The notes beneath the pieces were generated by a model, which did not search any database, had not been told where the DNA came from, and saw nothing but the letters and a program-made list of their open reading frames with translations. Source: Acidobacteriota bacterium (GTDB lineage Bacteria; Acidobacteriota; Thermoanaerobaculia; Gp7-AA8). From it: a stretch of DNA of 52,375 nt. This document shows, in pieces, positions 1 through 10,547 of the stretch; the stretch's first letter is position 1; every line of letters begins with the position of its first letter. The position numbers and the translations under genes were made by a program. Where the stretch lies: the NCBI GenBank assembly GCA_039932995.1, contig JBDTOZ010000386.1, forward strand, positions 1 to 52,375. Direction: 5' to 3'.

Positions 1-438
1 CCGGATCGAGCGGCACATACGCTCCCCCCGCCTGCAGAATGCCCAGCGCGCCCACGATCACGTCCGGGGTTCGCTCCATGCACAGCCCCACCAGCCGGTC
101 CGGCCCCACACCCTGCCCCTGCAGGTAGAGTGCGAGCGTCTGACTCCGGTCGAACAGCTCCTGATAGGTCAGCCGCTCTTTGCCACATACCAGGGCGATC
201 TTCTCCCCATGGAGCGCGGCCTGGCGGACGAATCCGTCCTGCAGACACTCGTCGTTCGGATACTCCGCCCGCGTGGCGTTGTACTCGACCAGCAGCCGCC
301 GCTTTTCCGCGGCGCTCAGATACTCGAGGTCGCGGACCTTCGCGTGAGGCGCGGCCACAATGGCTCGGCACAGCGCCTGGAAGTGCTCGGCCATCCGCTC
401 AATGGTCTGGGGGCGATAAAGAGCGGTGCTGTATTCGA
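1..438. repeat. Intragenic direct repeat (C/A junction of module 4), near-identical to 3397-3834
   Basis: ccggatcgagcggcacatacgctcccccc... at position 1 recurs at 3397 (offset 3396) with scattered SNPs; it probably continues beyond the window. Confidence 0.85.
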
Positions 439-3400
439 GGGATCCGGTCAGTCCCTGCGCGGTCTCCGTAAACGAAGCCGTCAGATCGAACTTGCTGATG
501 CCGCTGTCCATCGGATAGCGGGGAAAGCGCTGATCCAGCGTCCCGAGATCCGCGTTCTGGAGGATCACCATGATTTGAAAGATCGGGGTGATGGCCAGAT
601 TGCGCTGCGGATGGAGGATGTCCACCACTCTTTCGAATGGAGTGTCCTGATGCTCGTACGCCTCCAGGCAGGTGGTCTTGACCTGGGCCAGCAGATTGGA
701 GAAGGCCTCGTCATCCTTCACCTGGCTGCGCAGAGCGAGCGTATTGACGAACATCCCGATCAGACCCTCGGTCTCGGCATGCTGTCGATTGGCGATGGGA
801 GTCCCTACGCAGATGTCGTCCTGACCTGTGTACCGATGAAGCAACGTCTTGAACGCGGCCAGGAGAATCATGAAGAGCGTGCCGCCCTGTATCTGGGCAA
901 GGCTCTTGAGTTGCCGGCTCAATTGCGTGTCGAGCGCGAACGAGTACGTCGCGCCGGCGAAGCTCTGCACCCTGGGCCTGGAGAAATCGGTGACCAGATC
1001 CAGGGTTTCGGGAGCGCCGGTGAGCTTCTTCTGCCAGTAAGCGAGTTGCTTCTCCAGAGTACCGCTCTGTTCCAGCCACGTTCTCTGCCAGACACTGTAG
1101 TCGGCATACTGAATCGGCAGCGGGGCCAATTCCGGCCGCCGGCCCTCACGCAGGGCTTCCATGACCAGGCCGAGCTCCCGGATCAAAATGCCCTGCGACC
1201 AGCCGTCGCTGATGATGTGATGCATGTTGAGCAGGAGAATGTGCTGTTGCGCTTCGAGCTTGATCACTCGCCCACGAAGCAGCGGTCCGCGGGAGAGGTC
1301 GAACGGGACCGCCGTCTCCGCCTGACAGAGCTCGCGGGCCCTTTCGTCGCGCGCCTGCAGATTCTCGTAATGGCTGAGATCCGTGCGCGCCAGGGTGAAG
1401 TCCAGATTCTCCAGAATCCGCTGCTCGGCCTGCCCTTCCCGACTGGGAAAGATCGTGCGCAGATTCTCATGCCGCGCAATGATCCATTGGAATGCCTGGT
1501 CGAGTTGACTGAGGTCCAGATCGCCATGAAGCGTGACGGCGATCGGAACGTTGTAAATGCTGCCATCCGGCTCGAGCTCATGGACGAACCAGAGACGCTC
1601 CTGGGCAAAACTCAGGGGAAGTCTTTCGCCCCGCGACCGATCGACGGGGCGAATCGCCGAAGGGGAGGGCTCGGCTTCGGCCGGAACCGGAACAGACGTT
1701 TCGGCGTCCGCCATCATCTGGGCCAGTTCGGCAACACTGGTCTGCTCGAGGAGCGCCTTCAGCGATGAATCGAGATCGGCACGACCGCGAATTCTGGCCA
1801 TCAGTTGGGCGGCCAGCAACGAGTGGCGGTCTTCCTGACCCTGCTGCCGGCCATCCCCGGCGAGTGCGGCGTCAACGCCCTCCGCCTTGGCACAGACCTC
1901 ACCCAAGCGGGCCACCGTCGAACGCTCGAACAGGACCTTGAGAGCCAACTCCACGTTCAGACGGCTACGAATCTTGGCCACCAACTGCGTGGCCAGCAAG
2001 GAGTGGCCGCCGAGCTCGAAGAAGTTGTCATGGATGCCGATGGTCTCAGGCGCCAGCCTCAGGACCTCTGCCCAGATCGCCACCAGTTGCTTCTCGGTGT
2101 CATTCCGCGGCCCTACATAAGCCTGCCCGGATGCAATGGTCACGTCCATCCGCGCCAGCGCCCGCCGATCCACCTTGCCGTTCGGATTGAGCGGGATCGC
2201 TTCCAGGCTCACGAACGCGGCCGGGACCATGTAGTCCGGAAGCGTCTTGAGGAGGTGGGACCGCAGTTCCTCGTACGCCAGCTCCACCAGCTGCCCGGCC
2301 TCGCTGCCTTTGGCCCGATAGAAGGCCACCAACTGCCGCTCGCCGTCCTGCCCTTGTGCGACCACGGCGCTGTCCTGGATCTCCGGGTGCTGCTGCAGCC
2401 GGGCTTCCACCTCACCCAACTCGATGCGGAAGCCGCGCACCTTCACCTGAGTGTCGATCCTGCCCAGATACTGGATCGTTCCGTCATCGAGCCAACGAGC
2501 CAGGTCTCCCGTCTTGTACATCCGAGTGCCGGGCTCGAAGGGATTGGGGACGAAGCGTTCTTCCGTCAGCTCGCGGCGGTTCAGATACCCCCGCGCCAGA
2601 CCGTCGCCCGCGATGTGCAGCTCTCCGGCCACGCCGATCGGCTGCGAATGATTGGCGCGGTCCAGGATGTAGACCTGCGTATTGGCGATCGGCCGGCCAA
2701 TCGTCGGCGACGCGTTCGGCTCTCGGAGTACATAGGTCGAGTAGGTCGTGTCTTCGGACGGACCATAGAGGTCGTAGACCTTGCGGGCCGAGGTCGTGTT
2801 GTAGATCCGGTCCACTAGAGAGGTGGATAAAGGCTCCCCCGCCAGGTTGATGGTCAGGACCGAATCCGGCACTGCGCCGGCGCGCACCAGTTCCTCCATG
2901 GCCGACGGCACTGTATTGATCAGCGTGACCGATTCCCGGTGGTCGAGATCGATCAAGCCCAGCGCGTTCGGCACCAGGATGATCGTTCCACCGTTCGCAA
3001 GAGTGACGAAGATCTCGTAGACGGAGAGATCGAAACAGACCGAGGTCGACGCCAGTACGCCCGCCAGCTCTTCATGGCTATAGACGTCGCTTGCCCAATG
3101 CACGAGCGTCACCGGACTGTGATGCTCGATGGCCACTCCTTTAGGCACACCGGTGGAGCCGGAGGTGTAGATCACATACGCCAGATCGTGAGGACCGACC
3201 TCGCGCCGTAGAGAAAGTCCGCTCCTCTGCAACTCCGCCACCTGTTCGCGGATCTCCGGCCACTGCCGGTCGACGGCGATCAGTTGCGTGCCGGCCGGCA
3301 TCAGCGACGAAAGCTTTTCCCCCAGGCTCTCCTGCGTCAGGACGATCGCGGCCTGACTGTCGCGCAGCATGTGCGTGAGGCGGTCGTCCGGATACTCCGG

Positions 3401-6400
3401 ATCGAGCGGCACATACGCTCCCCCCGCCTGCAGAATGCCCAGCGCGCCCACAATTACGTCCGGGGTCCGCTCCATGCACAGCCCCACCAGCCGGTCCGGC
3501 CCCACGCCCTGCCCTTGCAGGTAGAGGGCGAGCGTCTGACTCCGGTCGAGCAGCTCCTGATAGGTCAGCCGCTCTTTGCCACACACCAGAGCGATCTTCT
3601 CCCCATGGAGCGCGGCCTGGCGGACGAATCCGTCCTGGAGACACTCGTCTTGCGGATACTCCGCGCGCGTGGCGTTGTACTCGACCAGCAGCCGCCGCTT
3701 TTCCGCGGCACTCAGATAATCGAGGTCGCGGATCTTCGCGTGAGGCGCGGCCACAATGGCCCGGCACAACGCCTGGAAGTGCTCGGCCATCCGCTCAATG
3801 GTCTGCGGACGATAAAGAGCGGTGCTGTATTCGATCAACCCATCCAACCCATCCGGAGTCTCGGTGAAGGCTGCCGTCAGGTCGAACTTACTGACGACAC
3901 TGTCGAGCAGGAGCCGCGGGAAACGCGGGTCCAGCCGGCCAAGGTCGGCATTCTGCAGAATGAACATCACCTGAAAGATCGGGCTCATCGCCAGATTGCG
4001 CTGGGGACGCAGGATGTCCACGACTTTCTCGAACGGGGCGTCCTGATGTTCGTACGCTTCGAGGCAGGTGTCTTTCACTTGCGCCAGGAGCTCGGTGAAG
4101 GACTGATGTCCCTCGATTCTCGTCCGCAGCGCGACCGTATTGGCGAACATTCCGATCAGGTCTTCAGTCTCGCCATACTGCCGATTGGCGATCGGGCTGC
4201 CGACGCAGAGATCGCCCTGACCCGTATAGCGGTGAAGCAAGACGTTGAAGGCGGCCAACAACGCCATATAGAGAGTGCCGCCTTCGCGCTGCGCCAGACT
4301 CTTGATCTTCTCCGCCAGGGGCACTTCGATGCGGAACGCGTGGGTGGCTCCTGCGAAGGTCTGTGCGTTCGGACGGGGATGATCGGTCACCAGATCGAGG
4401 CTCTCGGGGGCACCCGCGAGCTTCTCCTCCCAGTAGCCGAGCTGCCGTTGCAGCTTTCCGCCCTCGTCCAGCCAGTTGCGCTGCCAGATGCTGTAGTCGG
4501 AGTACTGAATGGGCAGCGGAGCGAGCTCCGGTTGACGCCCTTCGCGTAAGGCGTCCAGGATCAACCCGAGCTCCTTGATCAACACACCCAGGGACCAGCC
4601 ATCGCTGACGATGTGGTGCATCGTCAGGATGAGGATGTGCTCGTACTCCGTGAGCTTGAGCACTTTCCCCCGAAACAGGGGCCCGCGCGCCAGGTCGAAC
4701 GGTCGTACCGCCTCGGCCCCGCAAAGCTCCTGTACTTTCGCGTGGCGTGCCTCACCCGTGTAATGCCGAAGGTCGACCCGCTCCAGTTGAAAATGCAGAT
4801 GGGCCTGAATCTCTTGACGAGCGATTCCCTCGTCACTGGGGAAGCAGGTCCGCAAAATCTCATGCCGCTCCATGATCAGATTGAAGGCCTGATCGAGCTG
4901 GCTGATCTCCAGAACGCCGGAGAGGGTGATCACGCGGGGAACGTTGTAGACGGCATTGCCGGGCTCGAGCTGGTCGAAGAACCAGAGACGCTCCTGCGCG
5001 AAGCTCAGGGGCAGCCGTTCATAGCGCGATCGATCGATCGGACGGATCGGCGGGATGTCGTTCTGCGAAGCACCGGCAATGAGCTCGGCGAACGCGGCGA
5101 TGGTGGTCTGCTCAAAGAGCGTCTTGAGCGGCAGGTCGACGTTCAAGCGCCCTCGGATTTTTGAGATCAGCCTCGTGGCCAGAAGCGAGTGTCCGCCCAG
5201 CTCGAAGAAGTCGTCGTGCCGGCCCACACGCTCCACATGCAGCAAGTCCTGCCAGAGCGTGGCCAGCGTCTCCTCGATCTCCCCACGCGGAGCCTCATAC
5301 AGGCTCCTGGCGTAAGCCTCCGCCTCCGGTCGCGGAAGCGCGCGGCGGTCTATCTTTCCGTTCGGCGTCAGCGGCAGTGCCTCCAACAGCACGAACGCCG
5401 AGGGAACCATGTACTGCGGCACACTGGCCACCATGTGCGCACGCAGCTCTTCCACCTCAGGCGCCATTCCGCTCGTGGTCACATACGCCACCAGCCGCTT
5501 CTCGCCCGGCTCGTCCTCCCGCGCCAGCACCACCGCTTCCTTCACACGTGCATGCGCGACGAGCTGCGCCTCGATCTCTCCCAGCTCGATCCGGAAGCCG
5601 CGGATCTTCACCTGGAAATCGTTCCGTCCCAGATATTCGACCGTTCCGTCGTCCAGCCACCGGGCCAGGTCCCCGGTCCGGTACATCCGGGCATCGTCCT
5701 CATCCGCGCGGAACCGATCGCGCACGAAACGCTCCGCCGTCAGCACGGGCTGGTTGAGGTATCCACGCGTCACCTGCCCGCCGCCGATCCACAACTCGCC
5801 CGCAACTCCGATCGGCACCGGCTGCCCCTGCTCGTCCAGGATGTAGATCCGTGTCCCGTCCAGCGGCCTGCCCAGGGGGATGGCTCGGGAAGACGACCCG
5901 TTCCCTTCATGCTCGCCACAGAGCACACCGACACTGCATTCGGTGGGACCGTAGTGATTGAACACGCGGCATTCGGGACGAAGCTCACGGACCCGATCCA
6001 GGAGCGTGCGCGGCAACACTTCTCCGCCCAGGATCAGTGTGTGCGACGGAATCAATCGCGGATCTTCCCCATCTCCCAGCAATGCCAGCAGGTGCGAAGG
6101 GGTGATTTTCATGCAGTCGATGCGATGGGCCATGCAGTACGCCGCATAGTGATCGGCATCCGTGCTCGCTTCCCGGCCAAGCACATGGAGGGTTCCTCCG
6201 CCCAGAAGCGCGGGAAAGAGAACCGTGTTGCCCAGGTCCGCGGCGAAAGTGGACACGAGCGCGTAAGACGCTCCCTCCGGAAACTCCAGCTTCTTCTCGA
6301 TGGCCGTCACATAGCGGACGATGTGACGGTGCTCGACCATCACTCCTTTCGGTCTGCCGGTCGAGCCTGAGGTGTACATGACATAGGCGAGGTGGTGGGG

Positions 6401-9400
6401 CTTGACGTCGCGTCGCAAGACCGCGCCCGTGGCATTCATCTGCGCGGCGTGCGCGCGGATCTCCGGCCACTGCCCATCCAGCGTGACGATCCGCGTCCCT
6501 GCCGGCGTGATCGCGCGCAGTCTGTCCCGCAGTCTCTCCTGGGTCAGCACGATCGAGGCCCCGCTGTCGGCCAGCATGTACGCCAGCCGGTCATCCGGAT
6601 AGTCCGGGTCCAGCGGTGCGTAGGCGCCGCCCGCGCGCAGGACACCCCACAGTCCCACGATCACGTCCAGCGACCGCTCCATGCACAGGCCCACTCGTTC
6701 GTCCGGCCCCACGCCTTCGGACTGCAGATACGCTGCGAGCTCCAAACTCCGCTCTCCGAGCTCCCTGTACGTCAGTTGCCCGTCGCTGGAGATCACCGCG
6801 GTTCGATCCGCGTGCAGGGCCACCTGCTCCTCGAACCGCTCATGCAGACAGACTTCGATGACTTCCGCCGTCGTCGGCTCATCGGAGCCCGCCAGCAACC
6901 GCTGCTTCTCGCTCTCACCGAGATAGCCGAGATCGCGGATTGCGCAGTGTGGTGCGTTCACAATAGCCCGGCACAGGGCCACGAAATGCTCGCAGATCCG
7001 GGCGATGGTCTGCGGCCGGTACAAGGCCGTGCTGTATTCGATCGATCCGGCCAGGCCTTCTTTTCCTTCCGTAAACGTGGCCGTCAGATCGAACTTGCTG
7101 ATACCGGTTTCCACCGGATAGAGCGGGAAGCGATCGTTTGCCTCCCCCACCTCCGCTGCATTCTGGAGGACCATCATCACTTGAAAGATCGGAGTGATGG
7201 CCAGGTTGCGCTGAAGACGCAGAAGGTCGACGACTTTGTCGAAGGGCGTGTCCTGATGCTCGTACGCCTCGAGACACGTGGACCTCACGCGAGCAAACAG
7301 CGCGGCGAAGTCATCCCCTCCCTCGACCTGGGTGCGCAGGGCCAGGGTGTTGATGAACATGCCGATCAGGCCGTCCGTCTCGCCGTACTGCCGATTGGCG
7401 ATCGGACTGCCGACGCATAGATCGCTCTGGCCCGTATAGCGGTACAGCAGCACGTTGAAGGCCGCCAGCAAGGCCATATAGAGCGTGCCGCCTTCGCGCT
7501 GGGCCAGGCTCCGCAGCTCGCCGGCCAGTTGCGCGTCGAGGGTGAACGCATGGGTCGCACCTGCGTAACTCCGCGCGGCGGGACGCGGATAGTCCGGCAC
7601 CAGGTCGAGACTCTCCGGAAGGTCGGCCAGTATCTTCCGCCAATACGCCAGTTGCTTCTCGAGAATCCCACTCTCGTCGAGCCACGTTCTCTGCCACACG
7701 CTGTAGTCGACGTACTGAACCGGCAGGGTTGCAAGCTCCGGCTCCTGTCCCTGCTCCAGCGCATCCATGATCCGCCCCAGTTCGTGGATCAGCAGACCGG
7801 TGGACCACCCATCACTGATGATGTGGTGCATGTTGAGGAGGAGGATGTGCTCGCGCGCGTCCAGGCGGATGACGCAGCCGCGAAGCAGCGGGCCACCGGC
7901 CAGGTCGAAGGACGTCTGCGCCTCCAGACGACAGAGCTCGGTCGTCTTTCGCTCGCGCTCCTCGCGGTTCTCATCACTGAGATCCACGCGCTTCAGCCTG
8001 AAGTCGATCCGCTCCAGAATGCGCTGTCGCGGCTGACCGTCGACCCTCGGGAACACAGTGCGCAGGTTCTCGTGACGCACAATGATTCGCTGGAACGCCT
8101 CTTCCAGCACATCGATCGCCAATTCTCCCTTGATGGTCACGGCCTTCGGGAGGTTGTAGACGGCGTTGCCGGGCTCGAGCTGATCGAAGAACCAGAGCCG
8201 CTCCTGCGCGAAGCTCAGGGGCAGCCGTTCATAGTGCGATCGGTCGATCGGACAGATCGGCGGGATGTCGTTCTGCGAAGCACCTGCAATGAGCTCGGCG
8301 AACGCGGCGATGGTGGTCTGCTCAAAGAGCGTCTTGAGCGGCAGGTCGACGTTCAAGCGCCCTCGGATTTTTGAGATCAGCCTCGTGGCCAGAAGCGAGT
8401 GTCCGCCCAGCTCGAAGAAGTCGTCGTGCCGGCCCACACGCTCCACATGCAGCAAGTCCTGCCAGAGCGTGGCCAGCGTCTCCTCGATCTCCCCACGCGG
8501 AGCCTCATACAGGCTCCTGGCGTAAGCCTCCGCCTCCGGTCGCGGAAGCGCGCGGCGGTCTATCTTTCCGTTCGGCGTCAGCGGCAGTGCCTCCAACAGC
8601 ACGAACGCCGAGGGAACCATGTACTGCGGCACACTGGCCACCATGTGCGCACGCAGCTCTTCCACCTCAGGCGCCATTCCGCTCGTGGTCACATACGCCA
8701 CCAGCCGCTTCTCGCCCGGCTCGTCCTCCCGCGCCAGCACCACCGCTTCCTTCACACGTGCATGCGCGACGAGCTGCGCCTCGATCTCTCCCAGCTCGAT
8801 CCGGAAGCCGCGGATCTTCACCTGGAAATCGTTCCGTCCCAGATATTCGACCGTTCCGTCGTCCAGCCACCGGGCCAGGTCCCCGGTCCGGTACATCCGG
8901 GCATCGTCCTCATCCGCGCGGAACCGATCGCGCACGAAACGCTCCGCCGTCAGCACGGGCTGGTTGAGGTATCCACGCGTCACCTGCCCGCCGCCGATCC
9001 ACAACTCGCCCGCAACTCCGATCGGCACCGGCTGCCCCTGCTCGTCCAGGATGTAGATCCGTGTCCCGTCCAGCGGCCTGCCCAGGGGGATGGCTCGGGA
9101 AGACGACCCGTTCCCTTCATGCTCGCCACAGAGCACACCGACACTGCATTCGGTGGGACCGTAGTGATTGAACACGCGGCATTCGGGACGAAGCTCACGG
9201 ACCCGATCCATGAGCGTGCGCGGCAACACTTCTCCGCCCAGAATCAGTGTGTGCGACGGAATCAATCGCGGATCTTCTCCATCTCCCAGCAATGCCAGCA
9301 GGTGCGAAGGGGTGATCTTCATGCAGTCGATGCGATGGGCCATGCAGTACGCGGCATAGTGATCGGCATCCGTGCTCGCTTCCCGGCCAAACACATGGAG

Positions 9401-10309
9401 GGTTCCTCCGCCCAGAAGTGCGGGGAAGAGAACCGTGTTGCCCAGGTCCGCGGCGAAGGTGGACACGAGCGCGTAAGACGCTCCCTCCGGAAACTCCAGC
9501 TTCTTCTCGATGGCCGTCACATAGCGGACGATGTGACGGTGCTCGACCATCACTCCTTTCGGTCTGCCGGTCGAGCCTGAGGTGTACATGACATAGGCGA
9601 GGTGGTGGGGCTTGACGTCGCGTCGCAAGACCGCGCCCGTGGCATTCATCTGCGCGGCGTGCGCGCGGATCTCCGGCCACTGCCCATCCAGCGTGACGAT
9701 CCGCGTCCCTGCCGGCGTGATCGCGCGCAGTCTGTCCCGCAGTCTCTCCTGGGTCAGCACGATCGAGGCCCCGCTGTCGGCCAGCATGTACGCCAGCCGG
9801 TCATCCGGATAGTCCGGGTCCAGCGGTGCGTAGGCGCCGCCCGCGCGCAGGACACCCCACAGTCCCACGATCACGTCCAGCGACCGCTCCATGCACAGGC
9901 CCACTCGTTCGTCCGGCCCCACGCCTTCGGACTGCAGATACGCTGCGAGCTCCAAACTCCGCTCTCCGAGCTCCCTGTACGTCAGTTGCCCGTCGCTGGA
10001 GATCACCGCGGTTCGATCCGCGTGCAGGGCCACCTGCTCCTCGAACCGCTCATGCAGACAGACGTCGATGATTCCCCCCTCCGTGTTCGCGCCGGCGAGC
10101 GCCGCCACAGGCGTACGATCACGCTCAACCCATCCATGCGGAGCACCTTCAAGAAGGGCAATGATCTCCGATTTGAAGTGCACGATCCCGTCCTTGAGAT
10201 CGGTCGTGAGCATTCCCGGCGGCGCATAGCAATTCAACCGGCCGGCATCGGTGGACAACCTCACGCCTTTCACGGCCAATTTGTTGAGAAACTCTGTCAC
10301 CGTCTCCAT
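1..10309 (-). CDS. Multimodular NRPS, 3'-partial (runs off the window start): TubC-type docking domain-A(Asp)-T-C-A(Asp)-T-C-A(Ala)-T-partial T-C-A(start)
   Basis: Absent from the ORF track, presumably because it has no stop in the window; segments translated by hand. ATG at 10309 follows AAGGAAGGA and gives METVTEFLNKLAVKGVRLS. A3 motifs YVMYTSGSTGRPKG (x2) and YVIYTSGSTGVPKG. PCP motif FFELGGHSLL (x3). C motifs MHHIISDGWS (~7810), MHHIVSDGWS (~4600) and MHHIISDGW (~1210), each C domain starting LSFAQERLWF (LCL-like). Hand-read codes: DLTKIGHVGK (Asp/OH-Asp type) twice, DLYNNALTYK (Ala type) once. Confidence 0.93.
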   Translation of the reverse strand, partial: METVTEFLNKLAVKGVRLSTDAGRLNCYAPPGMLTTDLKDGIVHFKSEIIALLEGAPHGWVERDRTPVAALAGANTEGGIIDVCLHERFEEQVALHADRTAVISSDGQLTYRELGERSLELAAYLQSEGVGPDERVGLCMERSLDVIVGLWGVLRAGGAYAPLDPDYPDDRLAYMLADSGASIVLTQERLRDRLRAITPAGTRIVTLDGQWPEIRAHAAQMNATGAVLRRDVKPHHLAYVMYTSGSTGRPKGVMVEHRHIVRYVTAIEKKLEFPEGASYALVSTFAADLGNTVLFPALLGGGTLHVFGREASTDADHYAAYCMAHRIDCMKITPSHLLALLGDGEDPRLIPSHTLILGGEVLPRTLMDRVRELRPECRVFNHYGPTECSVGVLCGEHEGNGSSSRAIPLGRPLDGTRIYILDEQGQPVPIGVAGELWIGGGQVTRGYLNQPVLTAERFVRDRFRADEDDARMYRTGDLARWLDDGTVEYLGRNDFQVKIRGFRIELGEIEAQLVAHARVKEAVVLAREDEPGEKRLVAYVTTSGMAPEVEELRAHMVASVPQYMVPSAFVLLEALPLTPNGKIDRRALPRPEAEAYARSLYEAPRGEIEETLATLWQDLLHVERVGRHDDFFELGGHSLLATRLISKIRGRLNVDLPLKTLFEQTTIAAFAELIAGASQNDIPPICPIDRSHYERLPLSFAQERLWFFDQLEPGNAVYNLPKAVTIKGELAIDVLEEAFQRIIVRHENLRTVFPRVDGQPRQRILERIDFRLKRVDLSDENREERERKTTELCRLEAQTSFDLAGGPLLRGCVIRLDAREHILLLNMHHIISDGWSTGLLIHELGRIMDALEQGQEPELATLPVQYVDYSVWQRTWLDESGILEKQLAYWRKILADLPESLDLVPDYPRPAARSYAGATHAFTLDAQLAGELRSLAQREGGTLYMALLAAFNVLLYRYTGQSDLCVGSPIANRQYGETDGLIGMFINTLALRTQVEGGDDFAALFARVRSTCLEAYEHQDTPFDKVVDLLRLQRNLAITPIFQVMMVLQNAAEVGEANDRFPLYPVETGISKFDLTATFTEGKEGLAGSIEYSTALYRPQTIARICEHFVALCRAIVNAPHCAIRDLGYLGESEKQRLLAGSDEPTTAEVIEVCLHERFEEQVALHADRTAVISSDGQLTYRELGERSLELAAYLQSEGVGPDERVGLCMERSLDVIVGLWGVLRAGGAYAPLDPDYPDDRLAYMLADSGASIVLTQERLRDRLRAITPAGTRIVTLDGQWPEIRAHAAQMNATGAVLRRDVKPHHLAYVMYTSGSTGRPKGVMVEHRHIVRYVTAIEKKLEFPEGASYALVSTFAADLGNTVLFPALLGGGTLHVLGREASTDADHYAAYCMAHRIDCMKITPSHLLALLGDGEDPRLIPSHTLILGGEVLPRTLLDRVRELRPECRVFNHYGPTECSVGVLCGEHEGNGSSSRAIPLGRPLDGTRIYILDEQGQPVPIGVAGELWIGGGQVTRGYLNQPVLTAERFVRDRFRADEDDARMYRTGDLARWLDDGTVEYLGRNDFQVKIRGFRIELGEIEAQLVAHARVKEAVVLAREDEPGEKRLVAYVTTSGMAPEVEELRAHMVASVPQYMVPSAFVLLEALPLTPNGKIDRRALPRPEAEAYARSLYEAPRGEIEETLATLWQDLLHVERVGRHDDFFELGGHSLLATRLISKIRGRLNVDLPLKTLFEQTTIAAFAELIAGASQNDIPPIRPIDRSRYERLPLSFAQERLWFFDQLEPGNAVYNVPRVITLSGVLEISQLDQAFNLIMERHEILRTCFPSDEGIARQEIQAHLHFQLERVDLRHYTGEARHAKVQELCGAEAVRPFDLARGPLFRGKVLKLTEYEHILILTMHHIVSDGWSLGVLIKELGLILDALREGRQPELAPLPIQYSDYSIWQRNWLDEGGKLQRQLGYWEEKLAGAPESLDLVTDHPRPNAQTFAGATHAFRIEVPLAEKIKSLAQREGGTLYMALLAAFNVLLHRYTGQGDLCVGSPIANRQYGETEDLIGMFANTVALRTRIEGHQSFTELLAQVKDTCLEAYEHQDAPFEKVVDILRPQRNLAMSPIFQVMFILQNADLGRLDPRFPRLLLDSVVSKFDLTAAFTETPDGLDGLIEYSTALYRPQTIERMAEHFQALCRAIVAAPHAKIRDLDYLSAAEKRRLLVEYNATRAEYPQDECLQDGFVRQAALHGEKIALVCGKERLTYQELLDRSQTLALYLQGQGVGPDRLVGLCMERTPDVIVGALGILQAGGAYVPLDPEYPDDRLTHMLRDSQAAIVLTQESLGEKLSSLMPAGTQLIAVDRQWPEIREQVAELQRSGLSLRREVGPHDLAYVIYTSGSTGVPKGVAIEHHSPVTLVHWASDVYSHEELAGVLASTSVCFDLSVYEIFVTLANGGTIILVPNALGLIDLDHRESVTLINTVPSAMEELVRAGAVPDSVLTINLAGEPLSTSLVDRIYNTTSARKVYDLYGPSEDTTYSTYVLREPNASPTIGRPIANTQVYILDRANHSQPIGVAGELHIAGDGLARGYLNRRELTEERFVPNPFEPGTRMYKTGDLARWLDDGTIQYLGRIDTQVKVRGFRIELGEVEARLQQHPEIQDSAVVAQGQDGERQLVAFYRAKGSEAGQLVELAYEELRSHLLKTLPDYMVPAAFVSLEAIPLNPNGKVDRRALARMDVTIASGQAYVGPRNDTEKQLVAIWAEVLRLAPETIGIHDNFFELGGHSLLATQLVAKIRSRLNVELALKVLFERSTVARLGEVCAKAEGVDAALAGDGRQQGQEDRHSLLAAQLMARIRGRADLDSSLKALLEQTSVAELAQMMADAETSVPVPAEAEPSPSAIRPVDRSRGERLPLSFAQERLWFVHELEPDGSIYNVPIAVTLHGDLDLSQLDQAFQWIIARHENLRTIFPSREGQAEQRILENLDFTLARTDLSHYENLQARDERARELCQAETAVPFDLSRGPLLRGRVIKLEAQQHILLLNMHHIISDGWSQGILIRELGLVMEALREGRRPELAPLPIQYADYSVWQRTWLEQSGTLEKQLAYWQKKLTGAPETLDLVTDFSRPRVQSFAGATYSFALDTQLSRQLKSLAQIQGGTLFMILLAAFKTLLHRYTGQDDICVGTPIANRQHAETEGLIGMFVNTLALRSQVKDDEAFSNLLAQVKTTCLEAYEHQDTPFERVVDILHPQRNLAITPIFQIMVILQNADLGTLDQRFPRYPMDSGISKFDLTASFTETAQGLTGSLEYSTALYRPQTIERMAEHFQALCRAIVAAPHAKVRDLEYLSAAEKRRLLVEYNATRAEYPNDECLQDGFVRQAALHGEKIALVCGKERLTYQELFDRSQTLALYLQGQGVGPDRLVGLCMERTPDVIVGALGILQAGGAYVPLDP
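3397..3834. repeat. Intragenic direct repeat (C/A junction of module 3), partner of 1-438
   Basis: Direct comparison, offset 3396. Confidence 0.85.
4943..6853. repeat. ~1.9 kb near-identical A-T duplication (module 2 copy)
   Basis: Matches 8153-10063 at offset 3210. The ORF track shows identical shadow ORFs in both copies (e.g. 5161..5757 and 8371..8967). Confidence 0.95.
8153..10063. repeat. ~1.9 kb near-identical A-T duplication (module 1 copy)
   Basis: Matches 4943-6853 at offset 3210. Confidence 0.95.
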
Positions 10310-10461
10310 GGCTGATCCTTCCTTCGCATCTCGTTTCATCCGCGACGCAGAAGCCATCGCGTTCATTTTGTCTGAGGGATTTCTTGTCGATCCTCGAGTG
10401 AGGCCGGCGCGGCAATGAGGGCCGCGGACTCGTTTCGGAGCGGGATCGACGTCGTGAACTA

Positions 10462-10547
10462 AGGAGTCTGCGCGGTAGAGGCATTTGCCTCGGAGCGACC
10501 GTACGTGCCCAAGGCTATGCCAACCAGCGCTGGCGGCCGTGCCGCCC
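10462..10547. repeat. Dispersed ~98 bp repeat, copy A (shortened, 86 bp), abutting the stop of the upstream NRPS-like gene
   Basis: aggagtctgcgcgg...cggagcgaccgtacgtgcccaaggctatgccaaccagcgctggcggccgtgccgccc; shared with 36643-36740 and 51992-52089. Confidence 0.85.
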
